NCBI GenBank assembly: GCA_964291405.2
Contig: OZ219926.1
Span: 2,656,001 to 2,720,000, forward strand
Length of the DNA: 64,000 nt
From: Thermodesulfobacteriota bacterium
GTDB taxonomy: Bacteria; Desulfobacterota; Binatia; Bin18
Direction of reading: 5' to 3'
A program made the position numbers and the translations under genes. The notes under the pieces were generated by a model. It had not been told where the DNA came from. It was given only the letters and a program-made list of their open reading frames with translations, and did not search any database. Below are positions 20,169 through 29,890 of this stretch, in pieces. How positions within the stretch are numbered: the stretch's first letter is position 1; the number at the start of each line of letters is the position of its first letter.

Positions 20169-21137
20169 ATGAAAGCCGTTCTTTTCGACCAGCTCGGTGG
20201 TCCGGAGGTCTTACAACTCGGGGATGCGCCCGACCCAGAGGTGCGGCGGGGCAAGGTGCTGATCAAGAATCATGCAATCGGCATCAACTTCGCGGATACC
20301 CTCTTCCGCCAGGGCCAGTATGCCATGCAGCCCAAGCTGCCGGACATCCCAGGGCTTGAAGCAGCCGGGGTGGTTGAGGCGGTTGGTGATGGCGTCGTGG
20401 GGATCAAACCGGGCGACCGGGTGACTTCGATCAGTATGAAGACGTATGCCGAGTACTCGCTCGCGTCAGCCGGCCAGGTCATGGCCCTGCCCGACTCGGT
20501 CAGTTTTGAGCAAGGCGCGGCCTTTCCGATTCAGGTGCTGACTGCGTACCATATGCTCTTTACCTCCCATAATCTGACCGCCGACCAGTCGGTCATCGTC
20601 CATTCTGCGGCCGGCGGGGTTGGCCTCGCCGCGGTGCAGATTGCCAAAGCGGCCGGTGCGCGGGTGATCGGCACGGTCTCGACCGATGAGAAAGCGGCTC
20701 TGGCCAAGGAGTACGGCGCGGACGAAGTCATCAATTATGCCACCCAGGACTTCGCGGAGGAGACGCTCAAACTGACCGACGGCAAAGGCGTGGACCTGGT
20801 TCTTGACGCCGTGGGCAAGCCAACCCTGGAGAAGGGTCTGAGCTGTCTGGCGCCGTTCGGCCATCTGATCCTCTACGGTCGGTCCGGTGGCGTGCCCGAC
20901 CCACTCAATCTGTTCGGGCTGTTCCAGAAATCCATCAAGGTTAGCGGCTTTATTCTCTATACGGTCTCGGCCATGCCGGAGGTCCATCAGAAGGGCATTC
21001 GGCAATCGCTCCAGCTCATGGACGAAGGCAAGCTCAAACTGCTGATTGGCAAGTCCTTTCCCCTGGCTGAAGCGGGCGAGGCCCATCGTCACATGGAGTC
21101 GCGCCAGTCGGTTGGGAAACTCGTGTTGATTCCGTAG
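20169..21137 (+). CDS. NADPH:quinone oxidoreductase (MDR / zeta-crystallin family)
   Basis: GINFAD, PGLEAAG, HSAAGGVG, GKLVL. Confidence 0.9.
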   Translation: MKAVLFDQLGGPEVLQLGDAPDPEVRRGKVLIKNHAIGINFADTLFRQGQYAMQPKLPDIPGLEAAGVVEAVGDGVVGIKPGDRVTSISMKTYAEYSLASAGQVMALPDSVSFEQGAAFPIQVLTAYHMLFTSHNLTADQSVIVHSAAGGVGLAAVQIAKAAGARVIGTVSTDEKAALAKEYGADEVINYATQDFAEETLKLTDGKGVDLVLDAVGKPTLEKGLSCLAPFGHLILYGRSGGVPDPLNLFGLFQKSIKVSGFILYTVSAMPEVHQKGIRQSLQLMDEGKLKLLIGKSFPLAEAGEAHRHMESRQSVGKLVLIP

Positions 21138-21169
21138 GACGTGCGACAGCGAGACAAGGAGGCTCTGCC

Positions 21170-22489
21170 ATGACCTGGCAAGCGCAGTGGGGCGATAAAC
21201 TGGTGAGTGCAGAGGCCGCGCTCGACCGGATCGTACCGACCGACCATGTTTTTGCCGCTGGTCTGACCGGGACGCCGTTTACGCTGTGTCGGGCGCTGGT
21301 CGAAAACCGGGAGCGCCTGCGGGGTCTGCGCCTCAATACGCTGATTTCCCTGTTTGACTGGAACCTGCCCGGCCTCGACGAATACTTTCACTTCGAGTCG
21401 TGGTATCTGAGCCGACGCGAACGGCCCCTGCTCCACCAGGGCAAACTCGACTATGTGCCGGTCTCCTACTTCCGGGCGGAGGCCCTTCCCTACGGGATTG
21501 ACGATCTGGATGTGTATCTGGTGACGGTGTCGCCGCCCGACCGGCACGGCAACTGTAGTTTTGGAACGACTGTAGGCATGTCGCCGCTGATGACACAGCG
21601 GGCCGCGCGGGTCGTTGCCGAGGTTGACCCGAGTTTTATCCGAACGGGCGGGACGAACACGATTCATGTGTCGGAAATCGATTGCCTGGTCGAACGCCAG
21701 AGTCCGCCGGCCACGCTGGTCACGCCTGAGACTTTTACTCAGGAAAAGCAGGATATGATCGATGCCATCTGTATGCAGATCGCCAACGATTTGCTGGAAG
21801 ATGGGGATACGATTCAGATTGGAGCGGGCGATATGACCAGCCCGCTGCTCGGCTATGTCCATGGCCGGCGTGATCTCGGGATGCAGACCGAGATCATTCC
21901 GCCGGGGGTCGTGGCGCTGGTGCGGGAAGGCCTCCTGACCGGAACAAACAAGACCGTTCATCCAGGCAAAGTGGTGGGCACCGCCTTTCACCCCCAGTTG
22001 AGCGCCGAAGAGTTGGACTTTATTGACCAGAACCCGGTCTTTGAGCTGTACGATTTCAACTATACCGACGACATTCGACTGCTGAGCAAAGACCCACGCT
22101 TTACGGCCATCAATAACGCCTTGAGCGTTGATCTCACCGGGCAGGTCGCGTCCGAATCCATCGGCTGGCAGATGTTCACCGGTACGGGCGGCCAGACGGC
22201 GTTCTCCATTGCGGCCTGTCTGGCCGGTGGAAAATCCATTATTGCAGTGCCGTCGAGTTCGTTCCTCGACGGCGCACGGATTTCCCGCATCGTACCCACC
22301 CTGGCCCCCGGAACGGTGGTCACGACCCCGCGGGCTTTTGTTGACTATCTGGTCACGGAATACGGGATCGCCACGCTACGCGGCAAAAGCCTTCGCCAAC
22401 GCGCCCAGGCCCTGACCAGTGTTGCTCATCCGGACTTTCGGGCCGAGCTGCAGGAAGAGGCGGAACGGATGTTTTACGGAAAAGAGTAA
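21170..22489 (+). CDS. Acetyl-CoA hydrolase / 4-hydroxybutyrate CoA-transferase family
   Basis: SPPD.HG..SFG, IQIGAG, GMQTE (catalytic Glu), NNALSVDLTGQ, GTGGQ, IAHPDFR-like tail. Confidence 0.88.
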   Translation: MTWQAQWGDKLVSAEAALDRIVPTDHVFAAGLTGTPFTLCRALVENRERLRGLRLNTLISLFDWNLPGLDEYFHFESWYLSRRERPLLHQGKLDYVPVSYFRAEALPYGIDDLDVYLVTVSPPDRHGNCSFGTTVGMSPLMTQRAARVVAEVDPSFIRTGGTNTIHVSEIDCLVERQSPPATLVTPETFTQEKQDMIDAICMQIANDLLEDGDTIQIGAGDMTSPLLGYVHGRRDLGMQTEIIPPGVVALVREGLLTGTNKTVHPGKVVGTAFHPQLSAEELDFIDQNPVFELYDFNYTDDIRLLSKDPRFTAINNALSVDLTGQVASESIGWQMFTGTGGQTAFSIAACLAGGKSIIAVPSSSFLDGARISRIVPTLAPGTVVTTPRAFVDYLVTEYGIATLRGKSLRQRAQALTSVAHPDFRAELQEEAERMFYGKE

Positions 22490-22534
22490 ACGCGCCCTCC
22501 AACAAATCTACAAAGCTGGGTACGTTTACTCTTT
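22481..22534 (+). repeat. 54-nt hairpin element, copy 1 (contains the stop codon of the CoA-transferase gene)
   Basis: aaagagtaaacg-cgccctccaacaaatctacaaagctgggta-cgtttactcttt. Confidence 0.85.
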
Positions 22535-22625
22535 CAGACCTGAGCCCGCAATTCCATCCCTCATTGACCCGGCGTGCGCAAGCTGTCATGAAAAGGGCTC
22601 ATATCTTCACTCTAAGGAGGACGCA

Positions 22626-23468
22626 GTGAAAATTGGTATTACGATGTTTGCAACGGATTATGCCATTCGGCCTGACATGCTGGCCAAAGAATGTGAGGAC
22701 CGGGGCTTCGAGTCCATCTGGTTTCCCGAACACACTCATATTCCGGCCAGCCGCAAGAGCCCGTGGCCGGGCGGCGGGGAGTTGCCCAAGGAATATTGGC
22801 ACACGCATGATTTGTTTGTCGCCCTGACGGCAGCCGCGGCGGTGACCAGTACGATCAAAATCGGCAGCGGCATTTGCTTGGTGATCGAGCGCGACCCGAT
22901 TACCATGGCCAACGAAGTGGCCTCCCTGGATCAACTCTCCAACGGGCGCTTGCTGTTCGGCATTGGCGGCGGCTGGAACGCCGAGGAAATGGAAAACCAC
23001 GGTACGCCATTCAATCGCCGTTGGAAGGTCTGCCGCGAGCGTATCGAAGCCATGAAAGAAATCTGGGCCAATGAAGAGGCCGAGTATCACGGTGAGTTCG
23101 TGGACTTTGATCCGATCTGGGCTTACCCCAAGCCGGTTCAGAAGCCGCATCCGCCGATTCTGATGGGAACCTTCAACGGCGGCTTGAAGCGGGTCGTCAA
23201 TTACTGCGACGGCTGGATTCCGGTTGGCTTCGACACCTCGACGCTGCCCGAGTCGATAAAAGAGCTGCACGCCCTGGCCGAGCAGGCCGGTCGCTCGCCC
23301 GAGGACGTGCCGGTGTCGGTTTTTGGCTCTTCCGATAAGGAAGAAGCCTTGGCCAGCCACCAAGAGCTGGGCGTTGAGCGGGCGGTGCTGTTTCTCCCCT
23401 CAGCCGATACCGATACCGTGCTGCCGCTCCTGGATCAGTACCAACCCTATATCGCAAAATTTGCGTAA
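22626..23468 (+). CDS. LLM class F420-dependent oxidoreductase
   Basis: GFESIWFPEHTHIP, LD.LS.GR...GIGGGWNAEE, PKPVQKPHPPI; SD AAGGAGG before GTG. Confidence 0.88.
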   Translation: MKIGITMFATDYAIRPDMLAKECEDRGFESIWFPEHTHIPASRKSPWPGGGELPKEYWHTHDLFVALTAAAAVTSTIKIGSGICLVIERDPITMANEVASLDQLSNGRLLFGIGGGWNAEEMENHGTPFNRRWKVCRERIEAMKEIWANEEAEYHGEFVDFDPIWAYPKPVQKPHPPILMGTFNGGLKRVVNYCDGWIPVGFDTSTLPESIKELHALAEQAGRSPEDVPVSVFGSSDKEEALASHQELGVERAVLFLPSADTDTVLPLLDQYQPYIAKFA

Positions 23469-23475
23469 ATCATTC

Positions 23476-23499
23476 CGGGGCGCACGGCCGTGCGCCCCG
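23476..23499. repeat. REP-like 24-bp perfect palindrome
   Basis: cggggcgcacggccgtgcgccccg just after the stop codon. Confidence 0.75.
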
Positions 23500-23744
23500 T
23501 AGCTCCTGAGTGCGTACACACTCGCCGGAGTATCTCTTGACATCGTCCCGGCACGAGAGGACAGTAGACAAGCCAACCGTGGGCGATGCACGCTTATCCT
23601 TTTCCTCATCTGGCTAAGCATCTATCCTCCATCGTTGACCGGTTTCTGATACCTCACCGTGCGGAGGTGTCGCTTAACTGGACGCGTGCCGGTCGAGCCG
23701 TGAGAGGAGCTGGCAGTGCGAGGCGTTCGGAGGAGGATACCAGG

Positions 23745-23852
23745 ATGTTCGGCATACCGCTGGAGGCCATTGCGATAGTAGGCTTTATTTTGGTGGCAGC
23801 TATTGCGATGTATCGTGCGGATCAAAAGAGAAAGAACACGTCAGGCGACTGA
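23745..23852 (+). CDS. 35-aa single-TM small protein
   Basis: Strong SD GGAGGAGG; MFGIPLEAIAIVGFILVAAIAMYRADQKRK with positive-inside tail. Confidence 0.6.
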   Translation: MFGIPLEAIAIVGFILVAAIAMYRADQKRKNTSGD

Positions 23853-23968
23853 GTTGATCCGTCTTCATAGGAAGGTTTTTGCGGGGCTGCCATCGGCAGC
23901 CCCGCAGTCCCACAAGTCAGACCCAAAGTCCGGGCGCGGGTTTGAGGACTCCTGGTCTGTGTCCTCTT

Positions 23969-24334
23969 CTACAGCCGGGCGTCCCAGGCAGGTGCTTTCC
24001 AGTTCTTGGGGCCTCGCCAGCGATATTTTTCCAGATTGACCTTGCCATTGCGGTTGAACGCTACCCCCTCTTCCTCCAGCAGCCAGCGTTGTTCCTCGGC
24101 GCGCAGCACGTCGCCTCGCAGACTGATGCCGCCCGAGGCGTTAATCACCCGTTGCCACGGGACTTTTTTCGTCAACGGGCGAGGCAGGTGGCGGAGCGCC
24201 GTGCCGACGGCACGAGCGGCCCGGGGGGCGCTAAGCAGGGCTGCTACCTGCCCATAGGTCACCACTTTTCCGCGTGGCACCTGTGCGACCAAGCGATAGA
24301 CATGGGTAAAAAAGCGCGGCGGACGGTCTGGCAT
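23969..24334 (-). CDS. Alkyltransferase-like protein (ATL / YbaZ, MGMT family)
   Basis: VP.GKV.TYGQVA, ARAVG, VPWQRVIN (Trp in place of Cys), LEEEGV. Confidence 0.85.
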   Translation of the reverse strand: MPDRPPRFFTHVYRLVAQVPRGKVVTYGQVAALLSAPRAARAVGTALRHLPRPLTKKVPWQRVINASGGISLRGDVLRAEEQRWLLEEEGVAFNRNGKVNLEKYRWRGPKNWKAPAWDARL

Positions 24335-24356
24335 GGAAAACGGGTCATCCCTCTAC

Positions 24357-24776
24357 TTATGAGGCCAGCACCCCAAGCTGCTTGAATAGCCCGAACACAT
24401 CCCACGAGAGCCAGACTTCTTCAATCTTCTCGTCCGCCAGGCGATACACTGCTACACCCGCGACCACGACTTCCCTGCCCGTTGGCGCAACACCCATGAA
24501 ATTGCCGTCGTGCGTGCCGTGGAAGGTCCAGCGGGCGACCACTTTTTCTCCTTGCGAGACAAAATCCTCTATCGTGAAATGGACGTTCGGAAAGCCCCTG
24601 CGTACCGAAGAGACGATCTGTTTGACATCGTCCGGGCCGCCGCCGAGATCATAGCCGGCCGGATAGTGGCTGACATAGGTCGGAGAAATGAGTTCATCAA
24701 TGGTCTCCATCTTGCCCTGATTGAGACAGTCTTCAAAATAGCGACGGACGATGGCTTTATTTTTTGTAATAGACAT
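24357..24776 (-). CDS. SnoaL-like ester cyclase
   Basis: NKAIVRR, GFP, GTH.G.FMG..PTG. Confidence 0.88.
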   Translation of the reverse strand: MSITKNKAIVRRYFEDCLNQGKMETIDELISPTYVSHYPAGYDLGGGPDDVKQIVSSVRRGFPNVHFTIEDFVSQGEKVVARWTFHGTHDGNFMGVAPTGREVVVAGVAVYRLADEKIEEVWLSWDVFGLFKQLGVLAS

Positions 24777-24812
24777 GAGTGTGCTTCCGATTACGTGTTG
24801 TGAATCTCGCGC

Positions 24813-25664
24813 TTATACATCCTGCTGTTCGGGTGGAGGTGATGGAGCGTCCTGCCGTTTGCGGCGCTCAGTCCGCTGGATGCCGGGCACCAGCTTGGAC
24901 ACGGTTGTTGCGCCCTGCCAGTCGCCCCGGACGTCTGCGGCAATGACGGTGACCCGGACCATTTCACTGACACCCTGGGGGTTCGGGAGGAGATTCGTCT
25001 CCAACCGTCCGTCCCTGGGTAGTAGGGCTTCGACATCCGGCGGAGGGAGCACGCCAGGGTCTTCGGGATAGTTGCCAATGGCCACGCGGTACTGGATCTG
25101 GGGTTGCTGTTGCACAACGACGGCCACCGGGTAGTCCAGGCCGGTCGGCAGCCGGGCCGGCACCTCAATTGTCACATTTGGTGAAGACTCACCAAACCGC
25201 CCCTCCCGATAGGTGGCCAGGCGTTTGTCAGTGTAGATGCGCCACTGTCCCGCGTCCTTCCGCAAAAGATGGGACAGAACATCGGTAATGACCACCTCGC
25301 CGGCTCCGATATTGCGGAAACGGTCGGCATAGCGCAGGCGCATAGAGGTCGTGATTGCCGCGCGCGTGTCGTCCGCCTCCGTGACATCGACCTTCTCAAC
25401 GCTCAGCGATACCTTGCTCTGCCGCAGCCGCGTCAGCACCTCGCCCACACCGCGCTTTGAGCGTCCGGTACCGCTGATGAAATCATCCGCATAGACGGCC
25501 AGCACCTGCTCCGGGTCAAAAGCTTCCAGCCCGCGAGCGAGCTGCTCCAGGGTCTGCCGCAGATCGGATGGAACCGATGGGTCAGCGGAGCCGTACGGGC
25601 GTTCACAGGCTGTCCCCATGTACACAGCCAGCAGCACTGCAGGGGCGAGACGCAAGGCGTTCAT
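24813..25664 (-). CDS. NTF2-like domain putative lipoprotein
   Basis: Signal ending MGTAC; YADDF...W.I NTF2-like segment plus beta-rich C-terminal domain. Confidence 0.55.
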   Translation of the reverse strand: MNALRLAPAVLLAVYMGTACERPYGSADPSVPSDLRQTLEQLARGLEAFDPEQVLAVYADDFISGTGRSKRGVGEVLTRLRQSKVSLSVEKVDVTEADDTRAAITTSMRLRYADRFRNIGAGEVVITDVLSHLLRKDAGQWRIYTDKRLATYREGRFGESSPNVTIEVPARLPTGLDYPVAVVVQQQPQIQYRVAIGNYPEDPGVLPPPDVEALLPRDGRLETNLLPNPQGVSEMVRVTVIAADVRGDWQGATTVSKLVPGIQRTERRKRQDAPSPPPEQQDV

Positions 25665-25762
25665 ATCTGAGGCTGTACAGAAAAGCGCGTCTCTCGACAA
25701 GCCTGGGAGTGATTCTGGCCACAAGCTTAGCCCCATCGAGGCTCGGCCACCTGGCAGACTGG

Positions 25763-26731
25763 CTATAGGTCCGGACGGCAGACACCACAGGGCGTATAAC
25801 CAATTGCTTCCGCTCGGGTACGTGAGGCAATGAACAGTCGATTTCCCGCCCGAATTCCCTTTGAGGCTTCGCAGTTCGGTCGGCAAAGTATCTGCTCCGT
25901 TTGCCGACCGACATAGAGTTGATCTTGGGCAATGGCAAAACCTGAGCGTGATGGAACAGTCGGTATACCCTCAACCGCAAGAATATCCCGCTTGAGCGCG
26001 ATTTTATTGCCGGCATAGCCGGTGAGGCTGCCATTACTGCCAACAATGCGGTGACAGGGAATCCGAATCGGCAGCGGATTGTAACGCAGGGCCTGCGCGA
26101 CCGCCCGGACGGCTGTGGGCCGACCGATTCTCTCAGCCAGCCCCCCATACGTTGTCAGGCTGCCATAGGGAATCTCACTCGCCGCCCGTAGGACCTGACG
26201 CTGAAAATCGCTCCGCATGAGAGCATCATCAATCACCCAATCAAGCGCTTGTCGCGAGCCGCTCAAGTACGCTTCAAGTTTCCGGGTCAGCGCCGCGGCA
26301 GCGCCCCCATGACCTTGAGAGCGCTCAACTGCAAATTTTTCTCCGAGCTCCTTTTCACTATTGCTGGAGTCGTTGGGAGAAACGAACTCAACCAGTGCCA
26401 CCCCCTTATCCGTTGTGCCGATCCGTAGCGGCCCGATAGGAGAATCCCAGATGCTCAGGACGAGGTGCGGCCGCGCGGCCACAATCAAATCGGTCAACTG
26501 TCTATCGAGTACGCGTCGAGCTGCGGCAAGTCCGGTCTCCGGGGCGGGTAAAGATCTCAGTTGGAGGCGGACCTGCTTGTACTGTTCCAGGCGCTGAGTG
26601 CAGTCTGGACAGACGGTCAGATGACGCTGGACTTTCTGCCGTATAAGCTGCGGATTTTCTCCAAGCGCTTCGGCAATAATATCGTCTTCCGCAAATCCAC
26701 ACGCGAGCGTGTTACGCTTTTTGGTTGACAT
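25763..26731 (-). CDS. Fusion: zf-HC2 anti-sigma domain + methylated-DNA-protein-cysteine methyltransferase (Ogt) + Ada-type zinc domain
   Basis: C..HLTVCPDC at N-terminus; SPIG.L, IPYG..TYG, RAVAQA...IPCHR; C-terminal CRPNC...GYTPCGVCRP. Confidence 0.85.
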   Translation of the reverse strand: MSTKKRNTLACGFAEDDIIAEALGENPQLIRQKVQRHLTVCPDCTQRLEQYKQVRLQLRSLPAPETGLAAARRVLDRQLTDLIVAARPHLVLSIWDSPIGPLRIGTTDKGVALVEFVSPNDSSNSEKELGEKFAVERSQGHGGAAAALTRKLEAYLSGSRQALDWVIDDALMRSDFQRQVLRAASEIPYGSLTTYGGLAERIGRPTAVRAVAQALRYNPLPIRIPCHRIVGSNGSLTGYAGNKIALKRDILAVEGIPTVPSRSGFAIAQDQLYVGRQTEQILCRPNCEASKGIRAGNRLFIASRTRAEAIGYTPCGVCRPDL

Positions 26732-27284
26732 GGCACCTCCTTTCTTCTCCTGTCACGGTCTGTTGCCAGCAAGTGCGCAGCTTCTTCAGGGCTTGATACA
26801 CATGCGCCCGGGCGCTGTCTTCGGAGCAGCCCAGGTTTTCGGCAATCTCTCGATAGGCGAGCCCTTCAAGCTGCCGCTGTATCAATGCTGTGCGTTGTCG
26901 GAAGGGTAAGGCACCAATCGCGTTCAGGAGGAGTTGGGCTGTCTCCTGCGAGTGAAACGTCTGTTCTGGTGTTGTCGGATGAACTTTTGAGGAAGGTATG
27001 GAGCCGTCCGCGACAAATATTTTTCTATAACGCTGGCGGCCACGAATATAATTTTTCACGAGATTTGTTGCAATCCGAAAGAGCCAGGCCCGGTGGTTCG
27101 CATCAGCTGGAAGGTCACCGTAGGCGCGATAGGCTCGGAGGAAGGTCTCCTGAAATAACTCCTGCGCATCGTCGCTATTGCCCGTACAGCGAATGAGATA
27201 GCGATAGACGGAGTGCTGATGGAGATCGACGATTTCCCCAAATGCACTCGCCTTGTTCATGGACTGTTCTGCCACAAGTGCCAT
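26712..27284 (-). CDS. ECF RNA polymerase sigma factor
   Basis: DAQELFQETFLRA, WLFRIATN, LP.RQR...GL.Y.EIA.LG; overlaps the next gene by 20 nt. Confidence 0.9.
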   Translation of the reverse strand: MALVAEQSMNKASAFGEIVDLHQHSVYRYLIRCTGNSDDAQELFQETFLRAYRAYGDLPADANHRAWLFRIATNLVKNYIRGRQRYRKIFVADGSIPSSKVHPTTPEQTFHSQETAQLLLNAIGALPFRQRTALIQRQLEGLAYREIAENLGCSEDSARAHVYQALKKLRTCWQQTVTGEERRCHVNQKA

Positions 27285-27544
27285 TCCAATGACGTAGAGA
27301 GACTTTCTATAGCGTTCTTCCGCCTGAAGACGTTATACCCAGAACCCTGCTGGCAGGGGAGCGAGCATCCCAAGAAAGCAAGTCAGCGAAAACCACACAA
27401 TGAGCAATGAGCGATATATAGACATAAAACCCTGACCTCCGTCTCGTGTATTTCTCTTACGTTCTTTATATAAGACACCGGAGGGCGCTCTGTGTGAAAA
27501 AAATGATTGCCTGACAGCGCACCGGTCCGTATAGTCCGGGTGTC

Positions 27545-28273
27545 ATGCCGCGCATCGCGACACCGCTGGTTGCCCTCCTCGTTCTGGGCGCGCTTTCGAG
27601 TGTCCTGACCGCGCCGTCTCCCGCCGGGCGGGCCGGGTTTTTTCCGCTCGCCCTGCATAACACCTGGACGCATGAGGTCAAATTCTCCGGGGGAGATTAT
27701 CACTACTATATGATGGAAACCGTGATCCGCGACGATTTTCCGCTGCTTGACGGCGTGTCCTATATTGTTGCCGAGGAGTACGAACCCTTAACCGACAGAG
27801 CGCCCGAGGCGAAAAGCACGGTCGCTTACCTGCGCAAAGACGGCTTTCTCCTCCGCTACCCCTGGCTTGATTCTGAGGCTGACACGGTGTGGGATACGAA
27901 TCTTGGTGAAGGAATCGAACGGGTCCTGCCCAGCCCCTATACCGGAGAGCGGAGCTGGGAGGCCGGGCTCCAGACCAAGGCCTGGCCGCTTGAGGGCGGT
28001 CAGAACGTGACGGCCTCGGCCCACGCGCGGATCGATCCGGTAGCGGTTCGGGTTCCAGCCGGAACGTTTCGTAACTGTCTGCGCGTGGAAACCCGGACAA
28101 CGAGTAAAGTCGCCGATCCAAGGCGCAAGACCACGGAATTCCACCTCCACTACACCGAGTGGTACGCCCGGGGAGTGGGCTTGGTTAAAGCCATCAGCAG
28201 CGAGGGCGTGGGCACGCCGGTCAAGAGTGTCACCGAACTGCTATCCTATCGGGTCTATCCGCCGTCGGACTAA
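27545..28273 (+). CDS. Secreted hypothetical protein (VPAGTF / WYA.GVGLVK family)
   Basis: Signal peptide, FFPLA..N.W, VPAGTF..CLRV, WYARGVGLVK. Confidence 0.65.
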   Translation: MPRIATPLVALLVLGALSSVLTAPSPAGRAGFFPLALHNTWTHEVKFSGGDYHYYMMETVIRDDFPLLDGVSYIVAEEYEPLTDRAPEAKSTVAYLRKDGFLLRYPWLDSEADTVWDTNLGEGIERVLPSPYTGERSWEAGLQTKAWPLEGGQNVTASAHARIDPVAVRVPAGTFRNCLRVETRTTSKVADPRRKTTEFHLHYTEWYARGVGLVKAISSEGVGTPVKSVTELLSYRVYPPSD

Positions 28274-28404
28274 CGTCGGTCTCGGACCGGAAAACTTGCT
28301 GATCTGCGCTCTTACGCTTCGGAGGATGCGGCTGACCAGCGTCAGCGCAGTTTTTGCTTGACTTCCCTTTCCGGTTTGCTAGGCAGCATGGAGAGGGGGA
28401 CAGG

Positions 28405-29280
28405 ATGTATCCTAAAGCCATCGAGAATTATTTTGCACCGACTGATGTCGCCGAGGTGCTGACGCTCCTCAATCAATACGGAGAGCAGGCAAAACTTCTG
28501 GCCGGTGGTCAGAGTCTGATGCCGCTGATGAAGCTGCGGCTGGCCGAGCCGCAGACCATTATTGATCTGAATTCTGTGGCTGCGCTCGACGACATTCATG
28601 AGGAGGATGGCCGCCTCCACATTGGCGCACTCGCCCGTCATGCCGACGTGGCCACCCATCCGCTGATCCTGCAATCCTATGCGCTCCTGGCGGACGCCGC
28701 TCGGAATATCGGCGACCCGCAAATCCGAAACCGGGGGACGATTGCCGGGAGTCTCGTTCATGCCGACCCTTCAGCCGATTATCCGCCAGCGGTTATGGCC
28801 TTGGACGGCCGGCCCGTCGTGGCCAAGGCGGACGGTAGCACGCGGACAGTCTTGATTGATGACTTTCTGGCCGGCCCGCTGATGAGCGATATTGGTGAGG
28901 ATGAATTGGTCACGCGGATTGAAATTCCAGCGCCTGCCGCTCATTCCGGTGGCGCATACGCAAAGCACAGCCAGGTCGCTGGCGACTTTGCCATTATCAG
29001 CGTGGCGGCCCAGGTTACACTGGACCAGAGTGGGGTGTGCCAGCAGGCAAGCATCGTTGTTGGCGGCGTGATGCCCAAACCGTGCCGGGCTGAGCAGGCT
29101 GCTGGTCTGCTAAAAGGAAAAACCATTGACGCGACGCTCCTGACCCAGGCCGGAGAAGCTGCAGCCGAGGAAGTGGAAGCCGAGGATGATGTCAGAGCCT
29201 CGGCAGACTATCGTCGTCAGCTTATCCGAGTCACAGTGCCGGAGGTGGTGCGTCAGGCCAGCGGCCGAGCAGAAGAGTAA
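28405..29280 (+). CDS. Xanthine dehydrogenase / CoxM-family FAD-binding subunit
   Basis: AGGQSL.P.MKLR, IGDPQIRNRGTIAGSL.HADP. Confidence 0.9.
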   Translation: MYPKAIENYFAPTDVAEVLTLLNQYGEQAKLLAGGQSLMPLMKLRLAEPQTIIDLNSVAALDDIHEEDGRLHIGALARHADVATHPLILQSYALLADAARNIGDPQIRNRGTIAGSLVHADPSADYPPAVMALDGRPVVAKADGSTRTVLIDDFLAGPLMSDIGEDELVTRIEIPAPAAHSGGAYAKHSQVAGDFAIISVAAQVTLDQSGVCQQASIVVGGVMPKPCRAEQAAGLLKGKTIDATLLTQAGEAAAEEVEAEDDVRASADYRRQLIRVTVPEVVRQASGRAEE

Positions 29281-29325
29281 ACGTACCCTCCACATCATAC
29301 AAAGCTGCTAGCGTATTTACCCTGT
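29272..29325 (+). repeat. 54-nt hairpin element, copy 2 (degenerate; contains the stop codon of the FAD subunit gene)
   Basis: gaagagtaaacgtaccctccacatcatacaaagctgctagcgtatttaccctgt. Confidence 0.65.
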
Positions 29326-29338
29326 GAGGAGAGTCGGC

Positions 29339-29851
29339 ATGAAACGGAGCATAGGCATAACGATTAACGGTGAAGTCTATGAGGAGACGGTTGACCAGCG
29401 CCTCTTGCTGGTTGACTTCATTCGCGAGGTAGCGGGACTGACCGGGACGCATGTCGGCTGCTCGGTTGAAGGGCGCTGCGGGGCGTGTACGGTGATTCTG
29501 AACGGCAAGGCCGTCAAGGCGTGTCTGCTGTTGGCGGTTCAGGCGGATGGAGCCAGCGTGCTGACTATCGAGGGCCTGGCGAGAGATGATGCGCTCCATC
29601 CCATTCAAGAGGGATTCTGGGAAAAGCACGGCTTGCAGTGCGGGTTTTGCACGCCCGGCTTGCTGATGACCCTGTACGAATTTCTCCAGAACCCCAAGCA
29701 TTCGGACGAAGAAATCCGTACCGCCATGTCGGGGGTTATCTGTCGCTGTACTGGCTATGTCCATATCGTTGAGGCGGTCAAGCACGCCATCGCCACGGTC
29801 GAGGCGCTGTCGCCAGAAGAGCGCAAAGAGTGGTTTACCCATTCCGTGTAG
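29339..29851 (+). CDS. CoxS-family 2x[2Fe-2S] subunit
   Basis: GC..GRCGACT, QCGFCTPG, CRCTGY. Confidence 0.92.
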   Translation: MKRSIGITINGEVYEETVDQRLLLVDFIREVAGLTGTHVGCSVEGRCGACTVILNGKAVKACLLLAVQADGASVLTIEGLARDDALHPIQEGFWEKHGLQCGFCTPGLLMTLYEFLQNPKHSDEEIRTAMSGVICRCTGYVHIVEAVKHAIATVEALSPEERKEWFTHSV

Positions 29852-29890
29852 CGAATATTGCCGGTATACCCACAACACAGGGAGCGCGTC

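Noticed and set aside
23630-23730. glnA, c-di-GMP-II or fluoride riboswitch
   Set aside because: Only short fragments resemble the consensus sequences; the required core motifs and pairings are missing.
24813-25886. 357-aa start call
   Set aside because: It overlaps the Ogt fusion gene; the signal peptide begins at 25664.
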